From contig JAVJQW010000023.1 of the NCBI GenBank assembly GCA_040218735.1, positions 160,001 to 224,000 on the forward strand: a stretch of DNA of 64,000 bases. The letters are read 5' to 3'. The notes under the pieces were generated by a model. It did not search any database. It was not told the DNA's origin and was given only the letters and a program-made list of their open reading frames with translations. Made by a program: the position numbers and the translations under genes. Every line of letters starts with the position of its first letter. The stretch's first letter is position 1. Shown piece after piece: positions 39,821 to 48,779 of this stretch. The DNA is from Deltaproteobacteria bacterium (GTDB lineage Bacteria > Myxococcota > Kuafuiibacteriia > Kuafuiibacteriales > Kuafuiibacteriaceae).

Positions 39821-41158
39821 TCAGTACTGTTCCACGCGGTCCGCACGTACGCCGTAGGCCTGCGCCCGCGACTCCTGCGGGAACGGGAGCGCGTCGAGGT
39901 CCAGCCCGAGGCGCGGCGCGAAGTCCTTGATCTCCACGCGGCCGCCGTCGACGTTCGCGCCGAACAGGCGACGCACGTCGTTCATCACGGTCTTCTTCGC
40001 CTTGATCGCGTGCGGGTCGACGACGCCCGGTTCGACGAGCGCGATCGGGACCTTGGGATCGAAGCTGACGTTGTCGGCGAGGTCCCACGAGAAGTCGTCT
40101 TCGATGTCCTCCGCCGAATAGGTTCCGTGCGTCGCGGCGCGGTTGAACTTACCGACCACCGCCGCGGTGTCGGTGGACTTCACGCCGAACAACACGCCGT
40201 TGCCGAAGAACAGGTTCTTGCGGATCGCGATCTTCGGTCCGACGTTGTCGTCGTACCCAGGCATGATCGCGCCGCCGACGTTGTGCGCGAAGAGGTTCTC
40301 TTCGATGACGACCTCGGCCGCCGTGTACTTGTTGCCGATCTCCAACGCCGCGGGCTGCGCGGTCGAGGGGTCGGGGTTGTACGGCCAGTTCATGATGAAG
40401 CTATTGCCGTGCACGTGGTAGCGCTTCGGCATGTTGCGGCCGTTCGCCGACTTCACGATCCAAGCGAGGGTGTTGTTCATGATGAAGTTGTTGCGCACGA
40501 CGACCTCCGCCGACGGCGACGCCGCGCGAATCAGCGGCTCGACGCCGCGCTGCGCAGCGTTCATGAACACGTTGTCCGCGACGACGAGGCGCTCCGTCTC
40601 CAGGTAACCGAACTTCAGAATCGGGAAGGTGCAGCTCGCCCCCCGCAACAGTGAGTTCGTCTTCGCGTCGTACTTGTTACCCGGCGCCACGTCGAACACG
40701 AACCCCGACAGGTACAGCTCGGCCAACGCGTGGTTGCGACCTTCGAAGCTGAGGAGGGGCGCGCTCCGCCCTTCGTTCGCGAGCAACACCGACGGCTGTG
40801 AGAAGGGCGCGCGATGCGAGAACTTGTCGTCGTATCCACCCAGGATGCGCAACTTGGCCTGCGGATTCTTCACCTCCGGGAACGACCACTGCCCGGTGCG
40901 CCCCTTCCCTTCGTACGTGCCCGCAGCGACCTTGATCTGCACGACACAAGCGCCGCACGCCCCGAGGTGCTCCACGGCGCGGCCGAACGCCTTGTGCAGC
41001 TTCCGCTCCGCCAGCACGGAGGTACCGTCCGCCATCGACTTCGCGGCGTCGTACGCCGCCGACCCCTTCGGCGCCACGAGGACCGTGAGATCCTTCGCCA
41101 ACGCGCTCGACGACACGAGCACCGCCGCCACCCCAACCGTCCACTGATGAATACGCAT
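39821..41158 (-). CDS. Secreted right-handed parallel beta-helix protein
   Basis: Signal peptide; IKVAAGTY, ILGGYDDKF, repeated xxNNxFxxN units. Confidence 0.75.
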   Translation of the reverse strand: MRIHQWTVGVAAVLVSSSALAKDLTVLVAPKGSAAYDAAKSMADGTSVLAERKLHKAFGRAVEHLGACGACVVQIKVAAGTYEGKGRTGQWSFPEVKNPQAKLRILGGYDDKFSHRAPFSQPSVLLANEGRSAPLLSFEGRNHALAELYLSGFVFDVAPGNKYDAKTNSLLRGASCTFPILKFGYLETERLVVADNVFMNAAQRGVEPLIRAASPSAEVVVRNNFIMNNTLAWIVKSANGRNMPKRYHVHGNSFIMNWPYNPDPSTAQPAALEIGNKYTAAEVVIEENLFAHNVGGAIMPGYDDNVGPKIAIRKNLFFGNGVLFGVKSTDTAAVVGKFNRAATHGTYSAEDIEDDFSWDLADNVSFDPKVPIALVEPGVVDPHAIKAKKTVMNDVRRLFGANVDGGRVEIKDFAPRLGLDLDALPFPQESRAQAYGVRADRVEQY

Positions 41159-41212
41159 TCGTACCTCCACCTCATGGGCATCGGCAGAATGCGCGTGAGC
41201 TTCAGCGCGCGC

Positions 41213-41305
41213 GTCACGGTGACACGACTCGTGACACACGCCGCGTGTCATCGAGGCCGCGGACATCACCGACGGACAGCGCACGCGCTTGGCACGCGCG
41301 GTGCT
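41213..41305 (+). promoter_or_regulatory. Putative sigma-54 promoter with GTGACAC repeats
   Basis: TGGCAC-GCGCG-GTGCT at 41290-41305. GTGACAC at 41219 and 41231 plus inverted GTGTCA at 41245. Confidence 0.55.
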
Positions 41306-41319
41306 CAGGGGCAGCCGCG

Positions 41320-43731
41320 ATGAGCAACTTGATTCCCCTCCTCGACCAGATCGTCAACGATGGCCGCGCCGCCGGCGTCGGGCACTTCACCCTCGAAGAC
41401 AGCAGCCTCGGCGGACGGACGCTGACACTCAACGGGCGCAACGCGCTCAACTTCGGTTCGTGCAGCTACCTCGGTCTGGAGACGAACGAAGCGCTCGTCG
41501 AGGGCACCATCGACGCCGTCCGTCGCTACGGCACCCAGTTCTCGTCGTCGCGCGCGTACGCGTCCGTCACCCTCTACGGCGAGCTCGAAGAACGCCTCAG
41601 CGCGATGTTCGGTCGCCCCACGCTCGTCACCGCCAGCACCACCCTCGGGCACCTCGCGACGCTCCCCGTCCTCGTCGGCGACAACGACGCCGTCATCCTC
41701 GACCACCAGGTCCACGCGAGCATCCAGATGACCGTGCAGCAGCTCAAGGCACGCGGCATCCCGGCGACGATCGTCCGCCACAACGACCTCGACCACCTCG
41801 AGAAGACCATCCGTCAGCTCAAGCCGAAGCACGAAAAGATCTGGTACTTCGCCGACGGCGTCTACTCGATGTACGGCGACTCCGCGCCCCTCGCCGAGAT
41901 CGAGCAGCTCCTCGATCGCCACGAGCAGCTCCACTTCTACGTCGACGACGCGCACGGCATGAGCTGGACGGGCACCCACGGCGTCGGCCACGTGCGCAGC
42001 CGCATGACGCATCACCCGCGCATGGTACAGGCGGTCTCGCTCAACAAGGCGTTCGCGGCCGGCGGCGGCGCGATCATCTTCCCCGACCAGGCCTCGGCGC
42101 AGCTCGTCCGCAACTGTGGCTCCACGCTCATCTTCTCCGGGCCCGTCCAACCGCCGATGCTCGGCGCCGCGATTGCGTCGGCGCGGCTGCACATGTCCGA
42201 CGGGATCGTCGAGCACCAGGAGAAGCTCGCGCTTCGCGTCGCGCACATGAACAAGCGGCTGAACGAGGCCGGGCTCCCTCAGTACGCCGAGAACGACACC
42301 CCGCTGTTCTTCGTCGCGGCGGGGCTGCCGCACCTCGATTACGAGCTCGTGCGGCGAATGCTCGACGACGGCTTCTACATGAACGCCGCGGTGTTCCCGG
42401 CGGTCCCGATGAAGCGCGGCGGCCTCCGGTTCACGGTGACGAACCACCTCGAGCTCAGCGACATCGACGCGATGGTCGACACCATGGCGCGGCACTACGT
42501 CGAGGCGCTCGACGACGCGGGGGTGACCTTCGACGACGTCGCGCGCACGTTCAAGATCCCGCGCTTCGAAGTGCGGGGGCGCAAGGCGGCTCAGGTGGCA
42601 GAGCCCGCCGCGACGCTTTGGTGTGAGCGTGCGACGAGCGTCGATGCGTTCGACCCGCGTGACTGGGACGGACACGCTCGCGGCCACGGCAACTTCACCC
42701 ACGCGGCGCTACGGCGAATCGAAGACGTCTTCGGCGGCAGCACACCCACGGCGGATCGCTGGCCGTTCCACTACCTCACCGTGCGCGACGAGGTCGGCAA
42801 CGTCGTGCTGCGAACGTTCTACACGGCGGCGCGGATCAAGGACGACATGTTCGAGCCCGCGGAGGTCTCCCAGCAGGTCGAGGCGCAGCGCGCGGCGGAC
42901 CCGAATCACCTCACTTCGATCGCCGTGATGTTGGGCTCGATGGCGACGAAGGGCGACCACCTGTACCTCGACCGCAAACACCCGGCGTGGCGCGACGCGA
43001 TCACGATGCTGGTCGAGGAGATGGAGGCGGCGTCGGCGCGCTACGGTGCGACGCAGATCATGATCCGCGACTTCGTGGGCGAACGCGACGTCGCGCTCGA
43101 GAACGCGATGTTGTCCCTCGGCCTCGCGGTGGCCCACCTCCCGGACAACCACTCGATCGAATCCCTCGATTGGGAGGACCACGAAGCCTACGTGCAGTCG
43201 CTCGGTCGCCGGTACCGCTCCGACCTGCGGCGAGAGATCTTGAAGAACGCGGAGGCTTTCGAAGTGCGCACCGGGAAGATGACCGACGCCGAGCTGGAGC
43301 ACGCCTTCGCGCTGTACCAGAGCGTTCACGCCCGAGCGTTCGAGCTCAACGTCTACGAGCTACCGTTCGAGCTCTTCCGCGCGATGCACGACGACGACGC
43401 GTACGACGTGCTCCGCCTGCACGTGAAGGGGGAGGACGAAGCTGTTGCGGTGATGTTCAGCCACTTCGAAGGCGACGACTACAACGCGATGTTCGTCGGC
43501 CTCGACGAGGACGCGATCGAACGCCTCGGCGCCTACAAACAGATCCTCTACCGCACCGTGATGCGCGCGAAGGAGCTCGGCGCCTCGCGCCTCGATCTCG
43601 CGTTCACCGCGAAGCTGGCGAAGCGCAAGGTAGGCGCGTCGCCGCAGCCGGCGCGTGCCTTCGTCCGGGTGGACGACCACTTCAACGCGGCGGTCATCGA
43701 CGCGCTCCCGCGCGGCGCACGGGCGGCGTGA
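41320..43731 (+). CDS. Alpha-oxoamine synthase (BioF/SPT-like PLP enzyme) fused to a GNAT/FemAB-like domain
   Basis: NFGSCSYLGL, HASI, DGVYSMYGD, VDDAHG, SLNKAF (PLP Lys). C-terminal YVQSLGRRYRSDLRR...AKRKVGA. Confidence 0.88.
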   Translation: MSNLIPLLDQIVNDGRAAGVGHFTLEDSSLGGRTLTLNGRNALNFGSCSYLGLETNEALVEGTIDAVRRYGTQFSSSRAYASVTLYGELEERLSAMFGRPTLVTASTTLGHLATLPVLVGDNDAVILDHQVHASIQMTVQQLKARGIPATIVRHNDLDHLEKTIRQLKPKHEKIWYFADGVYSMYGDSAPLAEIEQLLDRHEQLHFYVDDAHGMSWTGTHGVGHVRSRMTHHPRMVQAVSLNKAFAAGGGAIIFPDQASAQLVRNCGSTLIFSGPVQPPMLGAAIASARLHMSDGIVEHQEKLALRVAHMNKRLNEAGLPQYAENDTPLFFVAAGLPHLDYELVRRMLDDGFYMNAAVFPAVPMKRGGLRFTVTNHLELSDIDAMVDTMARHYVEALDDAGVTFDDVARTFKIPRFEVRGRKAAQVAEPAATLWCERATSVDAFDPRDWDGHARGHGNFTHAALRRIEDVFGGSTPTADRWPFHYLTVRDEVGNVVLRTFYTAARIKDDMFEPAEVSQQVEAQRAADPNHLTSIAVMLGSMATKGDHLYLDRKHPAWRDAITMLVEEMEAASARYGATQIMIRDFVGERDVALENAMLSLGLAVAHLPDNHSIESLDWEDHEAYVQSLGRRYRSDLRREILKNAEAFEVRTGKMTDAELEHAFALYQSVHARAFELNVYELPFELFRAMHDDDAYDVLRLHVKGEDEAVAVMFSHFEGDDYNAMFVGLDEDAIERLGAYKQILYRTVMRAKELGASRLDLAFTAKLAKRKVGASPQPARAFVRVDDHFNAAVIDALPRGARAA

Positions 43732-45708
43732 TTAGAGTTGGACGGCGACCGCGGCGGGGTCGCCGTGGTGGAGCGCGGCTTCGAGGGCGTCCTCTTTTGT
43801 TGCGAACGTGACGGTCCGAGCCCCGGCGGGGTCCAGCTCGACGACGGCGAAGTCGACGAGCGCTCGAATCGGCGTCGTGTAGAGCTGCACCACGGTCGTC
43901 CCGCGCCGCGCGCCGGTGTTCACGACGGTGACGTGAACCTCGGCGCCGTCGCGCTCCGCCGCCTGAACCACGAACGTCGTGAAGCCGAGGCCGTACCCGA
44001 ACGGATAGGCCGCTGCGCAACCGTCACGGTCGAGTCTCCGCTGCCCCCACCACCGGTCGTACCGAACGCGCCGGGCGGTGCGCTCGAACGGACCAAGATC
44101 TTCCTCACGCTCGGGGAACGCCACGGGCAGGCGGCCGGGTGAGCTCCGCCCGAGCAATACGTCGGCGATCGCGTGCCCGCCTTCCATGCCGGGGTACCAG
44201 GCGACGACGAGCGCGCGCGGCGTCTTGCGCCAGGGCATCACGACGGCGCCGCCGGTGATCACTACGACGACGGTGTTCGGGTTGGCCTTCGTGACACGCT
44301 CGATCAGCGCCTCTTGCTCCGCGGGGAGTCGGAGTGAGCGCCGGTCGCCGCCGCCGGGGTGCAGCCACCGGCCGACGGTGCGCACGACGCGACTCACGAC
44401 GCGGCGCCCTAGCGCGGTGCGAATCGGGAGGCCAAGGTGGCCGATCATGTCAGGGTCGGTCTCGATGAACGCCTCGCCCTCTTCCTTCGCCGTGTAACCG
44501 ACGACCACCACCGCGACGTCGTGATTCGCGGCGCCAGCGGCGTCGGTGAGACGAACCCTCGCGCCGGGGAGGGCCGCCTTCAGACCGTCGAGCACCGAGG
44601 CCGTCGACGGCGGACGCACGCGCGACGAGCCGATGTCTCCGGTGTTCGCGGTCTGGGCGAGGGGCCCGACGACCGCGATGGACTCCGCCGTAAGCGGGAG
44701 CAGCCCGTCGTTCTCGAGCAGGACACAACCCCGCGCCGCCGCGCGTCGCGCGAGCGCACGGTGCTCGGGGCCGGCGATCTCGACGGTCGGTGTGGGGCCG
44801 ATCTTCGCTGCGTGTTGCAGCTGCGTCGCGAGGATTCGGCGCGCCGACCGCGCGATGTCTTCCGCAGGCAGCTTCGCCCGCGCGCGTTGCTGACGGAACG
44901 GCATCTCCACGTCGAGGCCCGCGGCGAGTGAACGCACCGGATCGCGAAGGCCCCACACGAAGTCGGAGATCACGACCCCCTCGAAGCCCCACCGCTCGCG
45001 CAGCACTTCGGTGAGGAGCCCGCGGTGCTCGCCGCACCACGTCCCGTTGACGCGGTTGTACGCGCTCATCACCGCGTCCGCGCCGGCTTCGATCACTCGC
45101 CGGAAGTGCGGAAGGTACACGTCGTGGAGCACGTCATCGTCGACCTCGACGTCCACGTAGAAACGCGCGTCCTCCATCGAGTTCAGCGCGAAGTGTTTCA
45201 CACACGCCATCACGTTCTCGCGCACGCCGCGCGTGAGCGCAGCGCCCATCGCGCCGAGCAGCACCGGGTCCTCGCCGTAGCTCTCCTGCGCCCTCCCCCA
45301 CGCCGGGTGCCGCGTCAGGTTCACACACACGCCGCCAAAGAAGTTCGCGCCCTGCGCCCGCGCCTCCGCGCCGATCGCTCGACCGACCTCCTCCTCCAGC
45401 GTCACGTCGAACGTCGCCGCGCGTGCGATCGGCACCGGGAAACACGTCGACGCCCCCATCACGACTCCGCGCGGTCCGTCGGTGAATCGAATCCCCGGGA
45501 TGCCGAGCCGCTCCACCGCGCCCGCGACGATGGGTTCGACGTTGTACTGCTTCACCATCGACAGCAGCCCCGGCCAGACCGGGGTGTCGCCGTCGAGGAG
45601 CCACCTGCGTTCGCGCTCGGTGAGTTGTTCGAAGAGCTCGTCCGCGGCTTCGTCCGCAGACTTGTCGCCAGCCCGAACCGCCGCGAGCGCCGCGGCGAAC
45701 GCGCTCAC
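43732..45708 (-). CDS. Glycoside hydrolase family 3 beta-glucosidase
   Basis: FTDGPRG, WGRAQESYGEDP, CVKHF, VMSAYN, ISDF, WYPGMEGG, YPFGYGL. Confidence 0.93.
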   Translation of the reverse strand: MSAFAAALAAVRAGDKSADEAADELFEQLTERERRWLLDGDTPVWPGLLSMVKQYNVEPIVAGAVERLGIPGIRFTDGPRGVVMGASTCFPVPIARAATFDVTLEEEVGRAIGAEARAQGANFFGGVCVNLTRHPAWGRAQESYGEDPVLLGAMGAALTRGVRENVMACVKHFALNSMEDARFYVDVEVDDDVLHDVYLPHFRRVIEAGADAVMSAYNRVNGTWCGEHRGLLTEVLRERWGFEGVVISDFVWGLRDPVRSLAAGLDVEMPFRQQRARAKLPAEDIARSARRILATQLQHAAKIGPTPTVEIAGPEHRALARRAAARGCVLLENDGLLPLTAESIAVVGPLAQTANTGDIGSSRVRPPSTASVLDGLKAALPGARVRLTDAAGAANHDVAVVVVGYTAKEEGEAFIETDPDMIGHLGLPIRTALGRRVVSRVVRTVGRWLHPGGGDRRSLRLPAEQEALIERVTKANPNTVVVVITGGAVVMPWRKTPRALVVAWYPGMEGGHAIADVLLGRSSPGRLPVAFPEREEDLGPFERTARRVRYDRWWGQRRLDRDGCAAAYPFGYGLGFTTFVVQAAERDGAEVHVTVVNTGARRGTTVVQLYTTPIRALVDFAVVELDPAGARTVTFATKEDALEAALHHGDPAAVAVQL

Positions 45709-48700
45709 GCCTCGGACTCGCGGCGCCGCGCGAAGGAGATCGTCCACTTCCCGAAGCGCACGATCGCGCCGTAGACATCCTCGACCAGGCAGATCGTGGT
45801 CGGGAGCAGAACGGTGGTGAGGAACGTCGAGACCACGAGCCCACCCATCAGCACCACCGCGATCGAGTAGTAGTAGACGCCGCCCAGCGCGGGCTTCTGG
45901 ATGACCATCGGAAGGAGCCCGAGCAGCGTCGTCGCGGCGGTCATGAGGATCGGCCGGAGGCGCTCGCGGCCTCCGCGCAACATGGCTTGCATGCGCTCCA
46001 TGCCTTCGCGTCGGTACGTATTGATGTGCTCGACCATCACGATGCCGTTGTTCACGACGATGCCGATCAGGAGCAGCAGCCCGATCGCGGCCGGTTGGTC
46101 GAAGTCGGTGTCGTAGAGATACAGCGCCCAGATCGCGCCGCTCAACGCGAACGGCAGCGCAATCATCAATCCGATCGCCTGCAGCACGGACTCGAACAGC
46201 CCGGCCATCAACCCGAAGATCAACAGCAGCGCAAGGAGGAGGTTCACGAGGAACTCTTCGGACTTCTCCTTGCGCTCGGTTTGCCAGCGCCCGAACGTCC
46301 ACGAGTACCCGTACGGGAACTTCATCGTGGACATCGCCTCCTTCACGCGCTCGGTGTGCTCCTCCTTCGTGCCCTCCTCGTAGCGCGCGCCGACCCACAC
46401 ACTCGTCATCCGCGCGTCGCGCTGGATGCGCTTCGGACCTTTGACGAGTGCGACCTTCGACACGGACGCGAGCGGCACGGCCTCGCCGTCTTCGCTGAGG
46501 AGGTTCAGGTTCTCGAGCTGCGCGACCGACTCCCGCTTCTGCTCGCCGAGGGCCAAACGCATCTCGCGCTCTTCGCCGTACGCGCGGTACCGCGGGAGGC
46601 GACGTCCCCGGAAGGTGAGCCCCACGACCTGCCCGGGCTGGCCGGGCGGCACGTCGTAGCGCGACATCAACGCGCGATCGAGCTGCACGTGGATTTCGTG
46701 CCCGCCCTCCTCGATCGAGGAGAACGAATCGACGAGCCCTTCGACCCCTTCCACCCTGGACCGCGCCTCGCGCGCGAGCTCCGCGAGCACCTCGGTGTCC
46801 TCGCCCACGAGCTGGAACGCGACGCGCTTCCCGCGGTCCGGTCGCCAGAAGTCGCGCTCCGCGGTGACCTCGAGCTTCACGCCCGCGATCTCCGGGAGGA
46901 GCTCACGCAGTCGTTCGCGGACGAGCTTGAGGCTGTCCTCGTTCGCCTCGCCCTCCTTCAGGTACACACGTGTCAGCGCGATGTCCGGAGCCCAGAAGCT
47001 GTAGACCGACCGTGCGAGTAGCTCGTCGTAGTGCGGCTCGAGCGCGGCCTCGACCTGGTCCACGACCTTCTCCTTGAGCTCCAAACTCAGCGGCTCGGAG
47101 ATCTGGTAGTGAATCTGCGCGAACATGTCGGTCTGGCCCGCGTCGAAGTTCATGTCGACCTGCGTCCACGGCCAATACCCAGAGCCAAAGACCGCGAGCC
47201 CGATGATCGGCGTGAGCCACCAGTGTTTCAGGTTCGCCTCGAGGATGCGCTGGTATCGCGCCTCCAACCACAACATCAGCTTCCCGCGCGGGCGCGGCGC
47301 ACGGCGGATGAAGTTCGACGACGCCATCGGGATGAGCGTCTGACTGATGAACAGCGAGGCGAGGAGCGTCACCGAAATCGTGACGGCGAGCTCCTGAAGG
47401 ATGAGATTGAGTTGACTGGGTTTACTGAAAATCAGCGGGAGGAACACGATGACCGAAGTCATCGTCGCGGCGATCACCGCGACCGCGACCTGCTTCGTAC
47501 CCACGAGGGAGGCTGTCTTGCGGTCTTCACCCATCTCCGCGTGGCGGAAGATGTTCTCCATGACCACCACGGCGTTGTCGACGAGCATGCCGACGCCGAC
47601 GATCAACCCGAGCAACGTGAGCGTGTTGAGGCTCTTCCCCTGCACCCAGACCATCCCGCAGGTGACGAGCAGCGAGAACGGCACACACAACACCGCGACC
47701 ATCGTGCTGCTCCACCGTCTCAGGAAGCCGAACAGGATCGCGGTCGCGAGGAGCGCGCCGATGATGCCGGTCCACGCGAGGTCGGCGAGGGTGTTCTTGA
47801 TCTCCTTGGCCTGACTGAACCACACCAGGAACGTCACCCCCTCGAGCTCGGGGTCCGCCTTCATCTCCTCGATGCGCGCTTCGAGGGCCTCACCGACCTC
47901 GACGATGTTCGCCTGCGCCTCCGCGCTGACGCTGATGCCGACCGCGAAGTTGCCGTCGAGGTGGCGCCCGTACTCGAGCTCCGGCTCCTCGAACGTGACG
48001 TCCGCGATGTCCGAGAGCCGCAGCCCCTCTTCGCGGATCGGAAGCGCGGCGATCTGTTCGATGGACTGGAACGTCGCGACGGTGCGCACCGCGAGGCGAC
48101 GGTCGCCCGTGGTGATCTTGCCGAGTGACTCGTCGAAGTTGGAACGCTGGAGGATCCGCTCGACGTCACGGACGTCGACCCCGTGGTGCGCGAGATCCGC
48201 CACGCGCAGATTCACACGCACCTCCTTCGGCTGCACGCCGTCGAGCCGTACCTGCGCGACCCCGGGCACGCGCTGGAGCGGGCGCACAATGCGGCGCTCC
48301 AGGAGGTCGTAGCTCTCGCTCAGGTTGAGCGGCGACGAGAGGCGGCCTTCGAGGATCGGCGTCTCGACCTCGCGCGCGTTCCAGTTGGGGCTGACGGTGA
48401 TGTCACCGATGTCGTCGGGCAGCTCGCTCCGCGCGCGGTCCATGCGCTCCCAGACCTCGACGCGTGCGTGGCGCATGTCGACGGTCCAGTCGAAGTTGAG
48501 CCCGACCATGCCGCCTTCGCGGTCGGCGAAGGCCCACATGTGTTTGATGCCACGGACGGTCCCGAGCGCCTCTTCGACGGGGCGCAGAATCATGCGTTCG
48601 ATCTGCTCCGGCGACGCGCTCGGGTAAGGGACACGCACGAAGATCTGCGGCTCCCGGATGTCGGGCATGAACGCGAGCGGGAGGCGGTACAAGGCCACCG

Positions 48701-48779
48701 CGCCGAGCACCGTCATGCTCAGGAGGAGCATCAACGTCGTGACGGGGCGTTTGACCGCCAGATCCGCGAGCGACCTCAA
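45705..48779 (-). CDS. RND efflux permease subunit (AcrB/MdtBC-like)
   Basis: GMLVDNAVVV, GIVVNNGIV, RLRPILMT; 1024 aa. Confidence 0.95.
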   Translation of the reverse strand: MRSLADLAVKRPVTTLMLLLSMTVLGAVALYRLPLAFMPDIREPQIFVRVPYPSASPEQIERMILRPVEEALGTVRGIKHMWAFADREGGMVGLNFDWTVDMRHARVEVWERMDRARSELPDDIGDITVSPNWNAREVETPILEGRLSSPLNLSESYDLLERRIVRPLQRVPGVAQVRLDGVQPKEVRVNLRVADLAHHGVDVRDVERILQRSNFDESLGKITTGDRRLAVRTVATFQSIEQIAALPIREEGLRLSDIADVTFEEPELEYGRHLDGNFAVGISVSAEAQANIVEVGEALEARIEEMKADPELEGVTFLVWFSQAKEIKNTLADLAWTGIIGALLATAILFGFLRRWSSTMVAVLCVPFSLLVTCGMVWVQGKSLNTLTLLGLIVGVGMLVDNAVVVMENIFRHAEMGEDRKTASLVGTKQVAVAVIAATMTSVIVFLPLIFSKPSQLNLILQELAVTISVTLLASLFISQTLIPMASSNFIRRAPRPRGKLMLWLEARYQRILEANLKHWWLTPIIGLAVFGSGYWPWTQVDMNFDAGQTDMFAQIHYQISEPLSLELKEKVVDQVEAALEPHYDELLARSVYSFWAPDIALTRVYLKEGEANEDSLKLVRERLRELLPEIAGVKLEVTAERDFWRPDRGKRVAFQLVGEDTEVLAELAREARSRVEGVEGLVDSFSSIEEGGHEIHVQLDRALMSRYDVPPGQPGQVVGLTFRGRRLPRYRAYGEEREMRLALGEQKRESVAQLENLNLLSEDGEAVPLASVSKVALVKGPKRIQRDARMTSVWVGARYEEGTKEEHTERVKEAMSTMKFPYGYSWTFGRWQTERKEKSEEFLVNLLLALLLIFGLMAGLFESVLQAIGLMIALPFALSGAIWALYLYDTDFDQPAAIGLLLLIGIVVNNGIVMVEHINTYRREGMERMQAMLRGGRERLRPILMTAATTLLGLLPMVIQKPALGGVYYYSIAVVLMGGLVVSTFLTTVLLPTTICLVEDVYGAIVRFGKWTISFARRRESEA

